64,000 nt of DNA. It comes from Treponema sp. Its GTDB lineage: Bacteria; Spirochaetota; Spirochaetia; Treponematales; Breznakiellaceae. Numbering within the stretch: the first letter of the stretch is position 1; every line of letters starts with the position of its first letter. Below the pieces are notes generated by a model that worked only from the letters and a program-made list of their open reading frames with translations, searched no databases and was not told the DNA's origin. The translations under genes were made by a program, and so were the position numbers. Positions 9,130-17,417 of the stretch are shown one piece after another. The DNA lies in assembly GCA_031274285.1 (NCBI GenBank), contig JAISQJ010000151.1, forward strand, positions 3,843 through 67,842. Direction: 5' to 3'.

Positions 9130-10103
9130 GGCGCCTCTTCAAGGGTTACCCCAATCTCTTCGGGCTCCATGCGGATCAGGCTGAGGGAGGGGGGCAGGGC
9201 GGCCTTTACCGGCAGGGTATAGCGGCCCGCCCCGGTAAGGCCCGAACAATCCACGGTAAGAAAATCCGGCGGCGGGGAAAAGGAGTCCAGGTCCCCCCGG
9301 TTCCCCTCCAGTCGGACGATTCCGGTCCTTATATCACCCTCCCCCAGCAGCCCCGGCCCCAGGGAGGTAAGCACGATGGGGATGTTCCCAAAATTCCGCA
9401 CGTCAACCCGGGAATAGATAAAGCCCTTAAACTCGGTGGTCCCGTTCCCCCGGATGGTGAGCAGGGGGTCCCGGTTCAAAATGGCCACGGTAACCGAAAA
9501 ATCGGCGTTCCTGCCGTTAAGGTCGATGACATCGGTGTAAAGTTCCGGCACCTCGGCCAAAAGGCCGCTGGGGCCTTCCAGCACCACCTGGGTAGGGGAA
9601 AGTGTATGGGACACCAAATCGAAACCCGGTTCGGGACTGCCCTCGATATTCGCGGTCAGGGGGACGTATTTGTTCACCTTGTAGTCAAGATCGATAACCA
9701 TGGTCACGGGGTCCACGGTTATTTCCAGGGGCTCCACCCCCAGGGCGGTCCCCTTCTTGCGGATTCTCACCGGGGCATGGTAGGTCCCCGGCGATTCGTA
9801 GCTCCCAAGATCGATGTAGGCTTCAAAATCGTCATCCTGGATAGGTTGAATATTGTTCGCATCCCCCCGCAGGGTTACCCGCACCATCCGGGCATAGGGA
9901 CTGGCGGGGCACAGGTGGGAGGAAAGATCCAGGATAAGGGGGATGGAGAAAAACCGGGTTTCCAGGGTGGAATTCCGGTGAACGATGAAGATCACCAGGG
10001 CCAGGGCGATGGAGAGCACCTTGGGGACCCAGTTTTCCGCCGCGCCCCGGAGAAAGCCCTTAAGGTTTAGCGAAAACATCACCCTTCTCCTTGGGGGACA
10101 CAT
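9126..10103 (-). CDS. cdaR: YbbR-domain protein (CdaR-type regulator of diadenylate cyclase)
   Basis: N-terminal TM helix followed by repeated beta-rich YbbR-like segments. It lies immediately downstream of and overlapping cdaA, the canonical gene order. An internal start (MFSLNLKG, 10079) is possible. Confidence 0.75.
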   Translation of the reverse strand: MCPPRRRVMFSLNLKGFLRGAAENWVPKVLSIALALVIFIVHRNSTLETRFFSIPLILDLSSHLCPASPYARMVRVTLRGDANNIQPIQDDDFEAYIDLGSYESPGTYHAPVRIRKKGTALGVEPLEITVDPVTMVIDLDYKVNKYVPLTANIEGSPEPGFDLVSHTLSPTQVVLEGPSGLLAEVPELYTDVIDLNGRNADFSVTVAILNRDPLLTIRGNGTTEFKGFIYSRVDVRNFGNIPIVLTSLGPGLLGEGDIRTGIVRLEGNRGDLDSFSPPPDFLTVDCSGLTGAGRYTLPVKAALPPSLSLIRMEPEEIGVTLEEAP

Positions 10104-10923
10104 CCCCTACGCCAAGATCGGAATCCCCGCCGAGGCCCCCCGGCAGGACCTCCCGCCGGGCCCCCCGATCCAGAAGGTCCTTGAGCCGGCGGGTCAGTTC
10201 CAGGCTGGAAAGGTCATAGTATATCTTTGAATCAAAGGCCAGGGAGATGGCCCCGGTCTCCTCGGAGACGACCAGGACCACCGCATCCGACTGTTCGGAC
10301 ATGCCCAGGGCGGCCCGGTGCCGGGTCCCAAAGCTCTTGCGGATCCCCTGCTGTTCGGAAAGGGGAAGAAAGCAGCCCGCCGCGGCGATGCGGCCGTTTT
10401 GGATGATCATGGCCCCATCATGGAGGGGGCCGTCAAATTCAAAGACCGCCACGATAAGGGGGCTGGATATGTCCGCATTCATCCGGGTCCCCGTGTCAAT
10501 AATGTTTCTGACGTTGATCTTCCGGGAAAAAACCACCAGGGCCCCCCGCCTTTCCTGGGAGAGGATCTCCGCCGCGGTGACCACCGCCTCCAACTGGCCA
10601 ATCCGGGGCTTGGTGTCGGGCCGGAAGATGTCCCCCTGGCCCAGGCGCATGAAGATCTTCCGCAGCTCCGGCTGAAACACAATGGCAATAACGATAAGGA
10701 GTCCCGGGGCCAGAATCTGGAGGATCCACTGCAGGGTGTTAAGGCGGAAGAGATAGGCCACGCCGTAAACCAGGGCCAGGAGACCCGCCCCCTTAACCAA
10801 CTGCATGGCCTGGGTTTTAACCAGAAAATCGTAGGCCTTGTAGAGGAGAAAGGCCAGAATTGCCACATCCAGTACCGGCCTTACGAGATCATAGATGTAG
10901 CTAAAACGCTGAAACCACTCCAC
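10060..10923 (-). CDS. cdaA: Diadenylate cyclase CdaA (three N-terminal TM helices plus DAC domain)
   Basis: RRGALVVF, DGAMII, GTRHRAALGMSEQSDAVVLVVSEETGAISLA. Confidence 0.93.
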   Translation of the reverse strand: MEWFQRFSYIYDLVRPVLDVAILAFLLYKAYDFLVKTQAMQLVKGAGLLALVYGVAYLFRLNTLQWILQILAPGLLIVIAIVFQPELRKIFMRLGQGDIFRPDTKPRIGQLEAVVTAAEILSQERRGALVVFSRKINVRNIIDTGTRMNADISSPLIVAVFEFDGPLHDGAMIIQNGRIAAAGCFLPLSEQQGIRKSFGTRHRAALGMSEQSDAVVLVVSEETGAISLAFDSKIYYDLSSLELTRRLKDLLDRGARREVLPGGLGGDSDLGVGDVSPKEKGDVFAKP

Positions 10924-10980
10924 CCTTTATTATTCGGCCCTTTTCACCAGCCTCATCATGGCGAATTATCCCTTGAAAAT

Positions 10981-12903
10981 TCAAGCTTCCCGCAGGGCCA
11001 GGACGGAGCCGGCGATGCCCGCGCCGTCCAGCCGGTTCATCTCCAATAGTTCCCGCCGGGTCCCCAGCCCTTCAAAATCCCCCTCCGCGGCCAGGGTCAA
11101 AACCCTGCCGCCGCAGTTCCGCCTGCGGGCCAGGGCCAGGGCGTATTCCCCAAAGCCCCCCTCCCGGATACCCTCCTCCGCAAAGACCGTCAGGCCGTAG
11201 CGGTCCATAATGGCCGCCAGGTAGGCCTCGTCCACGGGCTTCAGGAAGCGGAGGTTATAGCAATCCGCCTGAATCCCCTCGGCGGCCAGCAGCTCCGCGG
11301 CCTGGAGCACTTCGGTGTAGAGCCCCCCGGTAAAGGCCAGGCACACCCGTGGAGCGGCATCCCCGCGGGCAGGCCCGGTGGAATCTCCGGTAAAATCCCC
11401 GCCGGAAGGCCCCCGGACCCAGACCCCCCGGCCTTCGACCAGGGGTTGGGAAAAGGCCGGTATTTCCGGGGGGCAGCGATCCTTGGGGTAACGGATGGCG
11501 ATAGGCCCCCCTTCCCCCTGGCCAAGGGCCCAGTCCAGCATCAGGCCAAGCTCCGAAGCGGCCGCGGGGGCCAGGAGCCTCATCCCCGGCGCGGGGCGAA
11601 GGAGGGCCATATCAAAGAGCCCCTGGTGGGTTTCCCCGTCCTCCCCCACAAAGCCGGAACGGTCCAAAGCCAGGACCACCGGGAGCTTTTGCAGCGCCGC
11701 ATCGTGGATCACCTGATCGATCCCCCGCTGGATAAAGGTGGAATAGATGGCCGCCACGCTCTTAAAGCCCCTGGCCGTCAGGGCGCTGGCGAAGATCACC
11801 GCGTGTTCCTCCGCGATTCCCACATCAAAAAAACGGCCGGGAAAGGCGCTCATAAAACCGGAAAGACCGGTCCCCTTTTCCATGGCCGCGGTAATGGCGG
11901 TAATGCGGCCGTCCCGCTCCGCAGCCGCGCAGAGGGAGCGGCCAAAGACCTCGGTAAAGCTGACCCCGGAATCCCCGGTCCGGCCCGGAGGGGCGGAGAC
12001 CCCGTGGTACATCCCCGGATCATCCTCCGCATCCCCGTAACCCTTGCCCTTCCGGGTTATTACGTGGATCACCACCGGCCGGCCCAGCTTCTTTACATCG
12101 TGGAACACCCGCGTAAGGGCGGAAATACGGTGGCCGCCGATGGGCCCCACATATTCAAAACCCAGGTCCACAAAGAAGTTATCCGTGTAAAAGACCGCCT
12201 TAACCGCCCGCTTGAGCCGCTGGATTCCCACATGCAGGGACTCTCCCACCAGGGGTATCCCCTGCACCAGGGCGTCAAAGGTCCGCCTGAACAGTTGGTA
12301 CTTGGCCTTCATGGACAGCCGGCTTAGGTACTTGGAAAGCCCCCCCACGTTGGGGCCGATAGACATCTTGTTGTCGTTCAGGATCACCACCAGGGGAAGG
12401 CCCAACTGGCCCGCGTGGGACAGGGCTTCGTAGGCAACGCCCCCCGTAAGGGCGCCGTCCCCGATCACCGCCACCGCCATGCCCTTCCCCCCGGCGATCC
12501 GCTCCCCCGCCAGGAAGCCCAGGGCCGCGGAAACCGAGGTAGACGCATGGCCCGTATTAAAAACATCGTGGGGACTTTCGCCGCGCTTGGGGAAACCCGC
12601 CAGCCCCCCCCGGCGCCGCAGCTTGGAAAACTCCCCCTGGCGGCCGGTCAGGAGCTTATGGGCGTAGCACTGGTGCCCCACATCCCAGACAATTTTGTCC
12701 CGGGGGGACTCAAAAACCGCATGCAGGGCGATAGCCAGCTCCACCACCCCCAGATTGGAGGCCAGGTGCCCCCCGTTTTTCTTGACCGTGGAGACAATAC
12801 ACTCCCGAATCTCAACGGCCAAGCGGGAAAGTTCCGGAAACGTTAAGGATTTTAGATCCTCCGGCCCCCTTATCCGGGGCAGAAGGGGATAGGATTCCGC
12901 CAT
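10981..12903 (-). CDS. dxs: 1-deoxy-D-xylulose-5-phosphate synthase
   Basis: 640 aa. GGHLASNLGVVEL, GHASTSVSAALG and GDGALTGG motifs, with a transketolase-like C-terminal half. Confidence 0.95.
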   Translation of the reverse strand: MAESYPLLPRIRGPEDLKSLTFPELSRLAVEIRECIVSTVKKNGGHLASNLGVVELAIALHAVFESPRDKIVWDVGHQCYAHKLLTGRQGEFSKLRRRGGLAGFPKRGESPHDVFNTGHASTSVSAALGFLAGERIAGGKGMAVAVIGDGALTGGVAYEALSHAGQLGLPLVVILNDNKMSIGPNVGGLSKYLSRLSMKAKYQLFRRTFDALVQGIPLVGESLHVGIQRLKRAVKAVFYTDNFFVDLGFEYVGPIGGHRISALTRVFHDVKKLGRPVVIHVITRKGKGYGDAEDDPGMYHGVSAPPGRTGDSGVSFTEVFGRSLCAAAERDGRITAITAAMEKGTGLSGFMSAFPGRFFDVGIAEEHAVIFASALTARGFKSVAAIYSTFIQRGIDQVIHDAALQKLPVVLALDRSGFVGEDGETHQGLFDMALLRPAPGMRLLAPAAASELGLMLDWALGQGEGGPIAIRYPKDRCPPEIPAFSQPLVEGRGVWVRGPSGGDFTGDSTGPARGDAAPRVCLAFTGGLYTEVLQAAELLAAEGIQADCYNLRFLKPVDEAYLAAIMDRYGLTVFAEEGIREGGFGEYALALARRRNCGGRVLTLAAEGDFEGLGTRRELLEMNRLDGAGIAGSVLALREA

Positions 12904-13032
12904 CTACAAGGACCCCTGCAAAAAAAGAAGCCGCCTTTGAAGAACCCCGCCTTCGGCCCCGTTGGCGGGTCAAACCCCCAACCTAAGACCCGATCTTCAA
13001 AAACGGCTTTGCGGCGCCGCCACCTGGCGCCC

Positions 13033-13051
13033 AAAAACGCCCAAGGGCGTT
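13033..13051 (-). terminator. Short hairpin plus T-run after the 29-aa basic protein gene
   Basis: The minus strand reads taACGCC-CTTG-GGCGTtttt directly after the stop. The stem is only about 5 bp, so this is weak. Confidence 0.35.
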
Positions 13052-13139
13052 ATTTCTTCTTGTGTCTGTTCTTCCGAAGCTTTTTCTTGCGCTTGTGGGT
13101 CGCAATTTTGCGCAGCTTGCGTTTTCTTCCGCAGGGCAC
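13050..13139 (-). CDS. 29-aa highly basic small protein, AURKAIP1/COX24-domain-like (Lys/Arg-rich, ribosome-associated type)
   Basis: Not in the ORF track in this frame. GTG at 13139 is preceded by AAGGAGA with a 7-nt spacer. Translation: (M)PCGRKRKLRKIATHKRKKKLRKNRHKKK, stop TAA at 13052-13050. The sequence closely resembles the conserved KRKxxKxxTHKRKKRLRKNRHKKK-type mini-proteins, as I recall them. Confidence 0.7.
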   Translation of the reverse strand: MPCGRKRKLRKIATHKRKKKLRKNRHKKK

Positions 13140-13577
13140 TTCAGCGTCTCCTTGTAAGAATCCATTCCCCGGACGTTACCGGGGCCGGCAGGAAAGTTAA
13201 GCCAGTATAGGCTTGGGTCGGGGAAAGGTCAAGGGGGGGGCTACCACGGCCAAGGTGCCCGCAGCCTGCCCCCTGCGGGGCCGCCTTTGCTTTAGGCCAG
13301 CCCTGAATCGTTTACTCCGCAGCCTAAAGCGTTTCCCTGGCCTAGGCCATGTTGCATAAGTTTAGGGACACCCTCCGCCCCAGCCAAAGAGCACCCCCGT
13401 AGGTGCGGCCGAAAATCGAATTTTTTTGCATTTTTTCCCGTTTTGTGCGTAAACACTGAATACAGCGCCGGATTCCTCAGGCTACAATAACTATCATCTG
13501 CCGGAAGCCGGCTTTTACAGGGAGGATCTACGTTGTATTTTGCCCCATACCTTAGTGGTCAAATAATACCCTTCGTA

Positions 13578-13596
13578 CCCCCCCCCCACATATAAT
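13578..13596 (+). promoter_or_regulatory. C10 homopolymer directly abutting a perfect TATAAT hexamer (candidate length-variable promoter spacer)
   Basis: Ten C at 13578-13587, then aca, then tataat at 13591-13596. This lies about 190 nt upstream of the lipoprotein ATG at 13782. Confidence 0.4.
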
Positions 13597-13781
13597 GTAG
13601 TTACTAGCCAAAATTACAAAAACACGCTATATGTAGCGTTCTTTTGCTCCACAAAAACCAAGAATCCCCAAAAACCCCGGACCGGAGCGGGAAATATTAT
13701 CCCCCTGGTTTGCACCGCAAAATTGAACCTGTGTATGCAGGTTTAAAATATGCCGGCGGGCATAAAACGCAAAAGGAGTTT

Positions 13782-14255
13782 ATGATGAAAAATAAACTTT
13801 TGGTCTCGGTAATGCTGGCCGGTCTGCTGGCATTAGGTTTTGCCGCCTGTAATAATGGTTCGCCAGGGGGTGATACCTATTATTTTGAACAATGGGATGT
13901 GTATTCGGGAAGTTTTTCGGCGTTTGAGGGCTTCTCGTATTCCTCCTTCGGAACTGGCCTGACCGGCGCTGTAAATGTTGCCACAAATGGAACTTTCGAC
14001 GAAATTAAAGCTTACTGGGAGGCTTTCGAAGCCGACAGTACCATCACCAGAGACCCTCCTTTAAACGGCGTCATGAGCGGCATTGTAACGAAAGCGGGAT
14101 TTAGAAACGCCCTCAAGGAACAAACAGACATTACAGACGCAATGTTGGATCAGATGTTTAACCTGATCGACACAAGGGGAAATTGCATTGTAAGCGTTGA
14201 CGCTAGAAACGATGCAATCTCAAGATATATTCTTGTGTACGTTGAAAAACAGTAA
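13782..14255 (+). CDS. Lipoprotein, unknown function
   Basis: AAGGAG then ATGATG. Signal peptide with lipobox: MMKNKLLVSVMLAGLLALGFAAC. G+C is lower than in core genes. The track start at 13644 is an upstream extension. Confidence 0.75.
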   Translation: MMKNKLLVSVMLAGLLALGFAACNNGSPGGDTYYFEQWDVYSGSFSAFEGFSYSSFGTGLTGAVNVATNGTFDEIKAYWEAFEADSTITRDPPLNGVMSGIVTKAGFRNALKEQTDITDAMLDQMFNLIDTRGNCIVSVDARNDAISRYILVYVEKQ

Positions 14256-14282
14256 AAGGGCGGCATCCGTTTAATGTGCAAT

Positions 14283-14334
14283 AGCCTCGCCAAATTTGGT
14301 GTGCCAAAATTGGCGCGCCAATCTTGGCGAGGCT
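14283..14334. terminator. Nested palindromes between convergent genes (candidate bidirectional terminator)
   Basis: agcctcgccaa (14283-14293) pairs with ttggcgaggct (14324-14334). The loop contains the palindrome ttggcgcgccaa (14310-14321). Confidence 0.45.
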
Positions 14335-14434
14335 TTAAGGTTACCCATGGAAGACCGCCGGGTTTTCGGTATTAATAGACTTGTTCGATAACCTGTTTTA
14401 CTGATTTCATCGAAATCCAGTACAATTTCTTTAT

Positions 14435-14878
14435 CTATTCTTCATCATCGTCATCGAATTCATCAAACAAACTGCACTTCCGGTTCATTTCACTGATGCA
14501 GCGATTGGGGCAGACAACGCAGCTTCCTAATAATTCGTCCCACGCCTGTGCCGCCGTATTTAACAGCGTCAAATTTTCCCTGCTGGTATTATCAGGATAA
14601 AACTGTTCCACGTATTTTTCATAAAACGTGGTCGCTTCTACCAATCCTCCCAATTTTTCATATATGCTTTTTTTCATTTCCTTTGAGAAATACACACAAA
14701 AATTTGTAATTTGCTCTTGAGTGTTATTTTTTCTGTATTTTTTTAATTTATCGGAGTTCTTTAAATGTGAATATAATATAAAGGCGTATTCATAACAAAA
14801 CCAATTTATTTTTATTTTTTCTTCCTCGTTATCATAGAAATATTTTGCCTTAATGGGATCAATTTCAAGTTTTTCCAT
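14435..14878 (-). CDS. Hypothetical 147-aa protein, very AT-rich gene; C-terminal CVVCPNRC...C motif and acidic tail DEFDDDDEE
   Basis: Long ORF in by far the most AT-rich stretch of the window. In AT-rich DNA an open frame of this length is unlikely by chance. I recognise no family. Confidence 0.6.
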   Translation of the reverse strand: MEKLEIDPIKAKYFYDNEEEKIKINWFCYEYAFILYSHLKNSDKLKKYRKNNTQEQITNFCVYFSKEMKKSIYEKLGGLVEATTFYEKYVEQFYPDNTSRENLTLLNTAAQAWDELLGSCVVCPNRCISEMNRKCSLFDEFDDDDEE

Positions 14879-14945
14879 AAAATACTCCGATGCTCTTACG
14901 ATAAATCTATTTTTGCCGTTACGTCAATTGGGGGCTCTGCGGCCC

Positions 14946-17417
14946 TTACTTCAGAATAACTTCGGTTCTGCCCGCTCCCCCCAGTTCCGGGGGGGAAAAG
15001 TAATAGTCCGCCACGGCCTCCTCTCCCCGCAGGTACTCGTGGACGCCCTTCATCAAAACCCCCTCCCCCTTGCCGTGGACCACGGCGAATTCGTGGAGCC
15101 CCGCCAGGACCGCCCCGTCAATCTGTTTCCGCAGGGCTTCCAGGGCCTCCTCCAGACGCATGCCCCGCAGGGAAAGCTCCAGCCGGGGGGGCCGCCTTTC
15201 CGCCAGTTCCACCGATGCGGCGTAGGGCTGGGGAGACGTTCCGGGAGGAGCGGGGATAAGATCGCCGCCGTCTATGCTGAGTTTGAGGGAACCGATCTGC
15301 ACTATCCAACTACCGTTCTTTTTACGGTCCGGCCGCAGAACCCGGCCCCGGCGCCGCCGCTCCCCCGCCAGAACCTCCATCCCCGGCTCCAGGGCGCCGG
15401 GGTCCCGGACCGGGCCGGAACCTCCGGAGCCGGCGGCTTCGGGGGGCTCAAGGACGGCCCGCTCATCGGCGATGATGCCGGCCTTTTCCCTTTCCAGGGC
15501 CTCCCCGGCCTCCAGGGCTGCCTCCTCAAGGCCGGCCAGAAATTCCTTGACCGCGACGGTCTTCTCCCTGGTGATCTCCCCCTCCCGCAGTTCCCGCACC
15601 AGGTTTTCCAGGGTCTTCCTGCTTTCCGCAAGAAAGGCCTCAAGCCGGCCCAGGCCGGCGTTCTTCAGTTCCAGTTCCCGCTGCCGGATCCTCAACTCCC
15701 TCAGATCGGCCTTCCGCCGCTCTTCCCGGAGGCCCTCTTCCTGGGAACGGATATGCTCCCGGCCTGAGTCCAGTTCCCGGTGCTTGTCCCGCAGCCCCCG
15801 GATCAGGGCGGACACATCGGCCCGCTCCTCCGCCAGGTAAGACCGGGCCCTTTCCACCATGGCCGGGGGAAGGCCGTTCCGGCCGGCAATATCCAGGGCC
15901 CGGCTTTCCCCGGGAAGGCCCATGAGGATACGGTAGGTGGGGGACAGGGTGCGGCCGTCGAATTCCACACTGGCGTTCTCCACGCCTTCCCTGGTGTAGC
16001 CATAATTTTTGAGAATCCCGTGGTGGGTGGTAACGATAAGGCAGACTCTCCGTTCGATGAGGTGATCCAGAATCGCCATAGCTATGGCGCTCCCCTCCTC
16101 CGGGTCCGTGCCGGAACCAAGCTCGTCCAGCAGCACCAGGGAATGTTCGCCGGCCCTGGCGGCAATGCCGGCGATGTTCACCATGTGGCCGGAAAAGGTG
16201 GACAGGGACTGGCTAAGGGACTGCTCGTCCCCGATGTCCGCGTAGATCCCGTCAAAGACCGGCAGGGAAGTCCCCTCCGCCGCGGGCAGGGCAAGGCCGC
16301 CCTGGTTCATCAGGGCAAAGAGACCCAGGGTCTTGAGGGCCACGGTCTTACCCCCGGTGTTGGGGCCGGTGATGATCACCGACCGTTTGCCCGGCGGCAT
16401 TACCAGATCGATAGGAACCGCGGCCGGGCCCAGCAGGGGATGCCGGGCCTGTACCAGGGCGATAAGGGAATCCCCGGCGCCGGAGGCAAAGACCCCCTGG
16501 GTTTCCAGGGCGTAGCGGGCCTTGGCCCGGAGTACCTCCAGTCTGACGATGCCCCGGTGGAACAGGGCCAGGTCCCCCCGCCTGGCGGCGACGGCCCTGG
16601 TCAATTCCCGCAGGACCCGCCGAATCTCCGCATCCAGGGCCCGCTGTTCGATAAGGATACCGTTGTTCCGCTCGACCACTTCCTCCGGTTCCACAAAAAC
16701 GGTCTGCCCGCTGGCGGATACCTCGTGGACAATGCCCCGGACCCGGCCCCGGAAATTTGCCCTTAGCGCCAGCACCAGCCTGCCGTCCCGCTGGGAAGGC
16801 AGGGGGGATTGGAGCATCCGCCTGGTTTCCTCGTTCCCTGTGTAGCGGGCCACCGCGGCTTCCAGCTCCCCGCGCAGGGCCTGTATCCGCTTTTTTATGG
16901 CCCGGAACTCCGGCAGGTCCCGGAGCTTCCCGTCCCGGCCTATGACCCTAAAAACATCCTGGGCCAGGGCGGAACAATCGGGAAGGGCAGGGATCAGCTC
17001 CCCCAGGAGGCCGCCGGGTCCGGCTTTTTCCCCAGGGAAAGCGGCTTTCCCTCCGGGAGATCCGGCCTTTCCTCCGGGGGGGGGAAGAGCCTTGAGGAGC
17101 CAGGATTTAAGCTCCGCCCCCCGCTCCGCGAAAATGCCCAGGGCATAGGCCTCGTCGATTTCCAGGCCCGCCCCCTCCACGTCCAGCTTGGGGAGGATGG
17201 CTCCGATGGGGGGGAGCGATTCCCGCTTCTCCTCCTCCCCTCCCTTCATCAGATGGAGAATCGCCAGGACCGAGGCTTTCAGATTTTCCACCTCCGGGGC
17301 GCCGGTAAGGGGAAGTTCCTCCCGGATCAGCGCGGCGGCCTCCTCGCTCAGGGCGCGGCGGGCAAGGGCTTCCTGGATTTCGGCGTATTCCAGGAGCCGC
17401 AGGGTCCGGCTGTTCAT
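14946..17417 (-). CDS. mutS2: Endonuclease MutS2 (MutS domain V ATPase plus C-terminal Smr domain)
   Basis: GPNTGGKTVALKTLGL, LLDELGSGTDPEEG, Smr tail HGKGEGVL. Confidence 0.93.
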   Translation of the reverse strand: MNSRTLRLLEYAEIQEALARRALSEEAAALIREELPLTGAPEVENLKASVLAILHLMKGGEEEKRESLPPIGAILPKLDVEGAGLEIDEAYALGIFAERGAELKSWLLKALPPPGGKAGSPGGKAAFPGEKAGPGGLLGELIPALPDCSALAQDVFRVIGRDGKLRDLPEFRAIKKRIQALRGELEAAVARYTGNEETRRMLQSPLPSQRDGRLVLALRANFRGRVRGIVHEVSASGQTVFVEPEEVVERNNGILIEQRALDAEIRRVLRELTRAVAARRGDLALFHRGIVRLEVLRAKARYALETQGVFASGAGDSLIALVQARHPLLGPAAVPIDLVMPPGKRSVIITGPNTGGKTVALKTLGLFALMNQGGLALPAAEGTSLPVFDGIYADIGDEQSLSQSLSTFSGHMVNIAGIAARAGEHSLVLLDELGSGTDPEEGSAIAMAILDHLIERRVCLIVTTHHGILKNYGYTREGVENASVEFDGRTLSPTYRILMGLPGESRALDIAGRNGLPPAMVERARSYLAEERADVSALIRGLRDKHRELDSGREHIRSQEEGLREERRKADLRELRIRQRELELKNAGLGRLEAFLAESRKTLENLVRELREGEITREKTVAVKEFLAGLEEAALEAGEALEREKAGIIADERAVLEPPEAAGSGGSGPVRDPGALEPGMEVLAGERRRRGRVLRPDRKKNGSWIVQIGSLKLSIDGGDLIPAPPGTSPQPYAASVELAERRPPRLELSLRGMRLEEALEALRKQIDGAVLAGLHEFAVVHGKGEGVLMKGVHEYLRGEEAVADYYFSPPELGGAGRTEVILK

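Noticed and set aside
12904-13049. Structured-looking 5' region of dxs (CCCGCC...GGCGGG and GGCGCC hairpins), considered as a TPP or other riboswitch
   Set aside because: I could not find the TPP-riboswitch CUGAGA / ACCUGAUCUGGAUAAUGCCAGCG-type elements or any other consensus I know. The hairpins may just be terminators of the upstream mini-protein gene.
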